Shown: piece by piece, positions 36,915 through 43,456 of the stretch
How the letters are laid out: every line of letters starts with the position of its first letter
Numbering within the stretch: position 1 is the stretch's first letter
From: an uncultured archaeon
GTDB lineage: Archaea; Altiarchaeota; Altiarchaeia; IMC4; SCGC-AAA252-I15
Direction of reading: 5' to 3'
NCBI GenBank assembly: GCA_902384455.1
Contig: CABMCB010000064.1
Coordinates: 1-43,456 of the forward strand
DNA: 43,456 bases
Notes under the pieces: model-generated
Told to the model about the DNA's origin: nothing
The model's input: the letters and a program-made list of their open reading frames with translations, nothing else
The model's database searches: none
Translations under genes and position numbers: made by a program

Positions 36915-37364
36915 TTATTTTTTGTTTTTGGTTTTTTTGCCTGAAGGCTCGCTGCTCCGCTTCCACTCCTTTTCAACTATGCCTTTAAGCGCCTTGTCGA
37001 AGTGGTCTTCAAGCTCTTTCAGGCGGTCTTCGTCTATCTTAGGAAGCTCCGGCGGACCGGTGAAGGGGGTTATGTATATTGTCTGGTGTTCGCCTTCGTA
37101 GAGGTAGCGGACTTCCACGCACGTCAGAAAGTTCATTCCGCGCTTTTTGGCGTGGATTACGTTCGCCAGAGGAATCTTGTGGAACTGATTTTTTGTGTCT
37201 TCGGTGCCGCCGAAAAAAATGTGTTCTTCAGTCACAACAAGAAGGTGCGGAAAATTCTGGTTGCCCCACCAGAGGCTCCTGCGCGTCAGCACCTGCATTA
37301 CGCGCACAACCTCAGCCTCCCACATGTCGGTTTTGACGTCTCCGAAGTCTACAAGTTCCGCCAT
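36915..37364 (-). CDS. Hypothetical protein, possible PH-like fold
   Basis: 149-aa ORF fills the gap; LVVTEEHIFF...IPLANV pattern. Confidence 0.65.
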   Translation of the reverse strand: MAELVDFGDVKTDMWEAEVVRVMQVLTRRSLWWGNQNFPHLLVVTEEHIFFGGTEDTKNQFHKIPLANVIHAKKRGMNFLTCVEVRYLYEGEHQTIYITPFTGPPELPKIDEDRLKELEDHFDKALKGIVEKEWKRSSEPSGKKTKNKK

Positions 37365-37387
37365 CAGTTAATACTTGCCGACACTTT

Positions 37388-37978
37388 TTATAATTGCGAC
37401 AGAAACAGGCGGTGAATCCTAAGGTCGCCTGTAAGCTCCGGATGAAACGCCGTGCCCAGTAAGTTATTCTGCCTCACCATCACAATGAAACCTCCGTAAG
37501 ACGCAAGCGCCTCGGCGTCGCCCCAAACCCGCTCTACCGCAGGAGCCCTGATGAACACGGCATGAAAAGGCTTCTTCCCCAACACTGGTATGACGATTTC
37601 CTCCTCAAAACTCTCCTTCTGGCGGCCGAACGCGTTTCTGTCGACTTTTGCGTCAAGCAGCTTAAGCAGGGGTTGACCTCCTTTTTCCGTGTTTTCGGCT
37701 TCTTTAGCCAAAAGTATTAGGCCTGCGCATGTTCCCCATATTGGCGCGCCTTTTTTGTGCAGTTTTTTGATTGCTTTGTCGCAGCCGGTTTTGGCAAGGA
37801 GTTTTCCGAGTGTTGTGCTTTCTCCGCCCGGCAGAACAAGGGCTGAGACAGAGAGGATTTTTTCAGGAGTCTTGACTTCGATTATGTCCGCCTTAATTCC
37901 TTCTAATTCGGCGGCCGTCTGGAGTGCCGCGACGTGTTCTGACACGTCTCCTTGGATGGATAAAACGCCTATCTTCAA
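37388..37978 (-). CDS. pdxT: PLP synthase glutaminase subunit
   Basis: GVLSIQGD, LPGGESTT, GTCAGLI, RNAFGRQ, FIRAP and FHPE. TTG start overlaps the ATPase stop (TTGA). Confidence 0.96.
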   Translation of the reverse strand: MKIGVLSIQGDVSEHVAALQTAAELEGIKADIIEVKTPEKILSVSALVLPGGESTTLGKLLAKTGCDKAIKKLHKKGAPIWGTCAGLILLAKEAENTEKGGQPLLKLLDAKVDRNAFGRQKESFEEEIVIPVLGKKPFHAVFIRAPAVERVWGDAEALASYGGFIVMVRQNNLLGTAFHPELTGDLRIHRLFLSQL

Positions 37979-40638
37979 GGCCAAATCCTCTTCCTGATTT
38001 CGACTGCCCATAGGACCGTTGATGAGACGAGGATTATTTTCACCCAGTCGAACGCCGAGAGCGCCACAGTGGAGAATACCGGCTGCAACGTGGGCACGTA
38101 TATTACAGTGCATTGTAGAAGCATTGACGATCCTACTGCGGCAAGGAGGTATTTGTTGCCTAATAATCCGCGCAACGAAAGGACGCTTCCCGACTCGCTT
38201 CTGCAGTTGAAGACGTTGAACATCTCGAACACCACAAGTGTGGTGAACGCCATCGCCTGCGCCTTCACGTCGCCGTTTACGGCCTCAGACGAAAGCACCC
38301 ACAAAGTCCCAACCGTGAACACAAGGCCCACCACAAGCATATCTTTGAGCATTGTGCGCGAAATGACGTCCTCGTTTTTGCGGCGAGGAGGCTTTTTCAT
38401 GACGTCCCCGTCAGGCGGGTCCACCGCCAAAGCCAAAGCCGGCAGCCCGTCGGTCACCAGGTTAACCCAAAGAAGCTGAATCGGCATAAGAGGCAGAGGC
38501 CAATTGTACCGTACCCCAAGGAGGATGCCGAAGAAGATTATGAGTATTTCGCCCACGTTGCTTGAAAGCAAAAACAAAATGAACTTCCGGATGTTGGCGT
38601 AAATCATTCGGCCTTCTTCTACTGCGGCGACTATGCTTGCGAAGTTGTCGTCTGTGAGCACCATGTCGGATGCTTCCTTGCTTACGTCCGTTCCCGTTAT
38701 GCCCATTGCGACGCCGATGTCCGCGCGCTTTAGGGCGGGCGCGTCATTAACCCCGTCGCCAGTCATAGCCACTATGTGGCCGTGCTTTTTTAGCGCGTGT
38801 ATTATGCGGAGTTTGTGTTCGGGCGATACTCGTGCGTAAACGCTTACTTCAAGGACTTTCTTGTGCAGTTCTGCTTCTGAGAGCGCGTCCAGTTCGACGC
38901 CGGACAGCACGCCTTTTGTTTCCAATCCAATTTCTTTGGCGACTGCTTTCGCGGTCAACGGATGGTCGCCTGTGATGATTATTGGGCGGATTCCCGCGGC
39001 TTTGCATCTTGCGACCGCCTCTGCGACCTCTGGGCGCGGAGGATCCATCATTCCTACTATGCCAATGTAAACCAAGTCTTCTTCGAGGTTCTTGCCTTTT
39101 TCGCCTTCAGGAATCTTCTTGTATGCGAACGCAAGAACCCTCAACGCCCGCCCGGCCATATCCTCTGCCTCCAAAAGAACCTTCTTCTTCTGCGCTTCAC
39201 TGAAAGCGGTTTCCTTCCCGTTTTTCTGCGCCCTCTTGCACAAAGGCAGTAGAACTTCAGGCGCGCCTTTGACGTAAGCAACGGAAACACCAAACTCCTT
39301 GTGGACGGTCGTCATCCGCTTTCTTGCGCCGTCAAAAGGAACCTCCTTAACGCGCACAGCCTCCTTGCGGACATCCTGCAAAACGCCGCCCTTGCCAGCC
39401 AAAACAACAAGCGCCGCCTCAGTAGGATCGCCCTCAATTGCCCACCTGCCGCTTTCCTTCCTCAAAGTCGCGTCGTTGCACAAAACAGCCGCACGAAGCA
39501 TAAGAACCAAGTCGGAATCAGACTTAACGTCAGCAACGCGGCCGCCTTCAGTGAACTCTCCGACTGGGGCGTATCCATCCCCTGAAACTTCGTAATTGCG
39601 GGCAAGAGTCCTTGCCTGCCGGACAGTCATCTCGTTTTGGGTTAATGTGCCTGTCTTGTCGCTTGCTATGACAGTGGCCGCGCCCAGAGTCTCAACAGCA
39701 GGAAGCTTGCGAAGCACCGCGTTCCGCTTCACCATCCTCTGAACCCCAAGAGCAAGCGTGATTGTGATTGTGGCCGGAAGCCCTTCAGGCACGGCTGCCA
39801 CAGCAAGGCTCACAGACTCCATAAACATCTCCAACGCAGGCTTGCCCGAAAGCCACCCAACAGTAAAGACTACCGCGCAGACGACCAGCGTGGCAACGCC
39901 AATCTGCTTCGCCAAACCGTCAAGACGCTGCTGCAAAGGAGTCGCCTCCTCAACAACAGACTCCACAAGACCCGCAATACGGCCCATCTCAGTTTCCATG
40001 CCCGTGGCAACAACGACGGCAACACCCCGCCCATAAGTCGCAATCGTCCCCATATAAACCATGCAACTGCGGTCGGCCAAAGAAGTCGACTCAGACAAAG
40101 AATCAACCTGCTTGGCAACAGGCACGCTTTCGCCCGTCAGACTGCTCTCGTCCACCTTAAGGTCAAACGCCTCAACCAACCTACAGTCTGCCGCAATCTT
40201 GTCGCCCGCATGAATCAGAAGTATGTCTCCGGGAACAATCTGATTAGCAGGAATCCTCTTCTCCTTACCATTACGACGAACAGACGCCTCAGGCGCCATC
40301 ATATTCCTCAACGCCTCAAGACTGCGTTCGGCCTTGTACTCCTGAAGGAAACCGAACACAGCATTCAACACCACGATGGCTAGTATTACTATGGTGTCCA
40401 AAACTTCGCCCAGAAAACCGCTCACTACAGCCGCCGCAATAAGGATGAAGATGAGCAGGTCGTTGAACTGCTCCAAAAACCGCAGTACAATGTTCTTTTT
40501 CTTGGCCGCCTTCAGCCTGTTTTCGCCGTACTGCTTAAGCCGGCGTTCAACCTGCGATTCGCTCAGACCGGAAGACGAGCCTTCAACTGACTTCAGCGCT
40601 TCCTCGGGAGCCATACTATGCCACATAAGCGGTGCCAT
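37975..40638 (-). CDS. P-type IIA cation (Ca2+) transporting ATPase
   Basis: TGES, PEGL, DKTGTLT, KGAPE, TGD, GDGVNDAP, SSN.GE and WVNLVTDG motifs. Confidence 0.96.
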   Translation of the reverse strand: MAPLMWHSMAPEEALKSVEGSSSGLSESQVERRLKQYGENRLKAAKKKNIVLRFLEQFNDLLIFILIAAAVVSGFLGEVLDTIVILAIVVLNAVFGFLQEYKAERSLEALRNMMAPEASVRRNGKEKRIPANQIVPGDILLIHAGDKIAADCRLVEAFDLKVDESSLTGESVPVAKQVDSLSESTSLADRSCMVYMGTIATYGRGVAVVVATGMETEMGRIAGLVESVVEEATPLQQRLDGLAKQIGVATLVVCAVVFTVGWLSGKPALEMFMESVSLAVAAVPEGLPATITITLALGVQRMVKRNAVLRKLPAVETLGAATVIASDKTGTLTQNEMTVRQARTLARNYEVSGDGYAPVGEFTEGGRVADVKSDSDLVLMLRAAVLCNDATLRKESGRWAIEGDPTEAALVVLAGKGGVLQDVRKEAVRVKEVPFDGARKRMTTVHKEFGVSVAYVKGAPEVLLPLCKRAQKNGKETAFSEAQKKKVLLEAEDMAGRALRVLAFAYKKIPEGEKGKNLEEDLVYIGIVGMMDPPRPEVAEAVARCKAAGIRPIIITGDHPLTAKAVAKEIGLETKGVLSGVELDALSEAELHKKVLEVSVYARVSPEHKLRIIHALKKHGHIVAMTGDGVNDAPALKRADIGVAMGITGTDVSKEASDMVLTDDNFASIVAAVEEGRMIYANIRKFILFLLSSNVGEILIIFFGILLGVRYNWPLPLMPIQLLWVNLVTDGLPALALAVDPPDGDVMKKPPRRKNEDVISRTMLKDMLVVGLVFTVGTLWVLSSEAVNGDVKAQAMAFTTLVVFEMFNVFNCRSESGSVLSLRGLLGNKYLLAAVGSSMLLQCTVIYVPTLQPVFSTVALSAFDWVKIILVSSTVLWAVEIRKRIWP

Positions 40639-40687
40639 TTTATGAACGAACCTTATTACGCCCTCAGCAATAATAATCTACTCACTT

Positions 40688-41302
40688 ATGTTCGCTGAAA
40701 ACTTTAGGCGCATCCAATCTTCACTGAAGGTGAGCGACGTCCAAGACATCGCCAGAAGATACTTCGTAATGAACGCATTCGACGGAGCACTCACGATGCT
40801 TGGGATAGTGGTGGGAGCATACGTCGCAGGAATGCGCGAACCAGCCATAATCATAGCCGCAGGACTATCAGGCAGCGTCGCCATGGGAATAAGCGGATTC
40901 TCAGGCGCCTACATGACAGAACAAGCCGAACGCACAAGGTCACTTAAAACGCTCGAATCCGCAATGCTATCAGACCTAAGCAAAAGCATACACGGCGACG
41001 CAGGACACCTCGCGGCAATAGCCACGTCACTAGTGGACGGCCTAAGCCCGGCTGTGGGCGCCATATTCATAATCATACCCTTCTTCCTCGTCCGCATGAA
41101 CATGTTGAACTACGACACCGCATTCTACCTTTCAATGGCGATGGCGGCCGTGTTCCTTTTCGCTCTCGGAGCATACTTGAGCGTAATATCGCAGGAGAGG
41201 ATACTGAAGAACGGGTTGAAGATGCTTGCGGTGGGGGTGGTGACTGCGGTAATCACGTCTGCGATAAGCCGCCTCGTGGAAACTCCTCTTCCTATCGTAT
41301 GA
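40688..41302 (+). CDS. VIT1/CCC1 family membrane transporter
   Basis: RRYFVMNAFDG, AMGISGFSGAYMTE.AE and DGLSP; about 5 TM. Confidence 0.88.
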   Translation: MFAENFRRIQSSLKVSDVQDIARRYFVMNAFDGALTMLGIVVGAYVAGMREPAIIIAAGLSGSVAMGISGFSGAYMTEQAERTRSLKTLESAMLSDLSKSIHGDAGHLAAIATSLVDGLSPAVGAIFIIIPFFLVRMNMLNYDTAFYLSMAMAAVFLFALGAYLSVISQERILKNGLKMLAVGVVTAVITSAISRLVETPLPIV

Positions 41303-42136
41303 TCAGGCGTTGCCTATTATAGCGGCGTAATACCCCTTTAGGATGTCGGTTTTGGTTATTATGCCCTCAAGATCGCTGCCCACCACAGGCAATCCACCTA
41401 TACGCTTTTCGACCATGATTTTAGCCGCGTCCGCCGCATCGTCTTTGGGGCGCACAGTCACAGGATTCCGCGTCATGACGTCCTCAAGCTTCAGCTTACC
41501 AAACACGTCGGGAGAATCCTGCTTAGCATTAAATGCGGCCATAGCCACGTCGAATACGCTTATGATTCCAACCACTTTTTTGCCGGCCATGACGATGACT
41601 TTCTTTTCTATGCTCATGTTTATGGCTTCAATGAGTTCTTCGAATGAGGCGTAGTCGGGTATTGTGTTGGGTTCGTAGTCCATTAGGTTGCAGACTTTGA
41701 ATTTCCCCTTGTAGTCTTGCGCGAATATTCCTATGACGAACGACTTTGACACTACGCCCAAAACTTTCCCGTCGTCTACCACAGGCAGCCGGTATATGCG
41801 GTTTGGCACTTCCACGAGCTTCTTTATGCAGGTTAAGAGGTCGTCGTCCGGCTTTATGGTGTCATGAACCTTGGTTATGACGTCCTTCACCTTGAAGTCA
41901 GAAAGGCTTTTCTGGTGGCCCATGTACCGCAGGCTAAGGACGAAGCTTTCTTTGTTGAGCATCCCAAGGAGCTTGCCTTTGTCGTCAAGCACTATGGCGC
42001 CCGAAAGCTTCTGGTCAAGAAGTCGCTTACCCGCAGCCAGCAGATTATCGTCTGGAGAAACAGTGACAATCTCCTTAAGCATAATGTCCTTGGCGAGCTT
42101 GCACGTGTCCGTCTTACACTTTTTCTTCCAGAACAT
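41303..42136 (-). CDS. Four-CBS-domain protein
   Basis: AKDIM, VKDVI, LPVVD.GKVLG, DVMTRNPVTV and GIITKTD repeats. Confidence 0.92.
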   Translation of the reverse strand: MFWKKKCKTDTCKLAKDIMLKEIVTVSPDDNLLAAGKRLLDQKLSGAIVLDDKGKLLGMLNKESFVLSLRYMGHQKSLSDFKVKDVITKVHDTIKPDDDLLTCIKKLVEVPNRIYRLPVVDDGKVLGVVSKSFVIGIFAQDYKGKFKVCNLMDYEPNTIPDYASFEELIEAINMSIEKKVIVMAGKKVVGIISVFDVAMAAFNAKQDSPDVFGKLKLEDVMTRNPVTVRPKDDAADAAKIMVEKRIGGLPVVGSDLEGIITKTDILKGYYAAIIGNA

Positions 42137-42201
42137 GTCCGCATATTTTTGGGAAAGCGGAAACTAAAAAGGGAGGAGAAAACGCCTAAAACAACCTGAG
42201 G

Positions 42202-43086
42202 CTACCAGCCGCGTTCCTGCAGGCGAACAGCCAGCTTATCAATCTCCTGACCCGGCATCGCATCCCCCAACCCTCTACTCACCTTAGCAAGAAGCTTAGG
42301 GTCGTCAAAATGCAAAGTCGCCTCCACAATAGCCTTAGCACGCCGTGAAGGATCGCTGCTCTTGAAAATCCCGCTTCCAACGAAATTCCCGTCAGCACCC
42401 AACTGCATCATCAAAGCAGCGTCCGCAGGAGTCGCAATACCACCCGCGCTGAAATTCACAACAGGCAAACGGCCCAAATCTTTGGTGACCTTCAAAAGCT
42501 CATAAGGCGCAGACAACTCCTTCGCCTTAGAATACAACTCCTCCTCACTCAACGAAGTCAAAACCCTAATCTCATCCTGAACAGAACGCATATGACGGAC
42601 GGCCTCAATTATGTTTCCCGTGCCTGCCTCCCCTTTGGTGCGAATCATCGCCGCCCCCTCGCTTATGCGCCTAAGCGCTTCGCCGAGGTCTCGGGCGCCG
42701 CAGACAAAAGGCACATGAAACTTCTTTTTGTCGACGTGATGCTTCTCGTCGGCGGGCGTCAAAACCTCGCTTTCATCAATCATGTCAACGCCCAAAGACT
42801 CCAGAATCTGCGCTTCAACGAAGTGGCCTATCCGGCATTTCGCCATCACTGGGATGGTGACTGCGTCAATGATTTCAATTATTTTCTCGGGGTCGCTCAT
42901 GCGCGCCACACCCCCTTGAGCGCGGATGTCGGCGGGCACACGCTCCAAAGCCATCACAGCGACAGCGCCGGCCTCCTCTGCTATGCGCGCCTGCTCCGCG
43001 TTAGTGACGTCCATTACTACGCCGCCTTTAACCATCTTGGCGAACCCTTCCTTCAAAAGTTTAGTGCCGACCTTTTTCTGAACCAT
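42202..43086 (-). CDS. pdxS: PLP synthase lyase subunit
   Basis: [44 protein letters not shown] and terminal ERGW. Confidence 0.98.
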   Translation of the reverse strand: MVQKKVGTKLLKEGFAKMVKGGVVMDVTNAEQARIAEEAGAVAVMALERVPADIRAQGGVARMSDPEKIIEIIDAVTIPVMAKCRIGHFVEAQILESLGVDMIDESEVLTPADEKHHVDKKKFHVPFVCGARDLGEALRRISEGAAMIRTKGEAGTGNIIEAVRHMRSVQDEIRVLTSLSEEELYSKAKELSAPYELLKVTKDLGRLPVVNFSAGGIATPADAALMMQLGADGNFVGSGIFKSSDPSRRAKAIVEATLHFDDPKLLAKVSRGLGDAMPGQEIDKLAVRLQERGW

Positions 43087-43235
43087 CGTTAAGTTTTCCC
43101 GTAGGAGGAATTAAGAAATTTAGGTATAAAAAAGGATACTACCCCCGAAATCTATTCCACAGACTCAGGCAAACGGACCAAATGGACTAAATGCTTCTCA
43201 ACCTTGTTTGCCCTTAGAATACCGCCTAACTGCGT

Positions 43236-43454
43236 CTAATAATCAGGCAAAACAAAACCGGAAATAGAATTATACGCCCCACCAGCCAAAAGCACCTCAG
43301 GATAATGCTGAAGATCCAGCGTGTTCCGCCCCCCCAAAGCACAACGAGCCGATTCGCCGTTAATGGCAGAAAGAGCCTTCACCAAACCAAAAAGAGGCTC
43401 AGTAGGAACAAGCACATGCTCGAAATCGCACGAAGGCACATCCTTAACTAGAGC
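43236..43454 (-). CDS. 3' fragment of a hypothetical gene running off the window
   Basis: The frame is open to the window edge; T/G-ending codons continue in frame past the TAG, so the true end is uncertain. Confidence 0.45.
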   Translation of the reverse strand, partial: ALVKDVPSCDFEHVLVPTEPLFGLVKALSAINGESARCALGGRNTLDLQHYPEVLLAGGAYNSISGFVLPDY

Positions 43455-43456
43455 TT

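Noticed and set aside
5724-42080. Frequent CTTAAG palindromes
   Set aside because: Many are Leu-Lys (CTT AAG) codon pairs, and enrichment cannot be supported without a codon-aware count.
43152-43238. Possible TAG read-through (pyrrolysine or recoding) in the terminal ORF
   Set aside because: It is a window-edge fragment with no homology evidence, and TAG is the normal stop of hisG, ychF, pdxS and proC.

Overview
Compact, roughly 50% GC archaeal genome segment. Archaeal markers are Dph6, a single-domain KaiC/RAD55 ATPase, an Lhr helicase plus metallophosphoesterase, archaeal-type YchF and GatA, and CCA-less tRNAs. A DPANN/Altiarchaeota-like anaerobe is my inference only. Most genes are housekeeping or metabolic: proBA, proC, hisG, pdxS, pdxT, gatA, fprA with flavodoxin, msrA, a P-type ATPase, and a Pat-type acetyltransferase abutting an HDAC-family deacetylase. 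There are two tRNA-Thr genes that differ at one base, and several orphan surface proteins: an 8 x 55-aa Cys-rich repeat protein with internal stops, a Cys-rich HExxH protein, a degenerate P1-nuclease/PLC-like protein and a 40-aa helical repeat protein. An AT-rich HEPN gene sits alone after hisG. The most unusual signal is not a gene. The strand alternates between A/C-rich and G/T-rich blocks of about 0.1-2 kb regardless of gene boundaries or orientation, the A/C-to-G/T switches often fall at GGCC sites, and GATC is strongly depleted. I saw no CRISPR array, integrase, transposase or rRNA. All calls come from reading motifs by eye, with no database searches.
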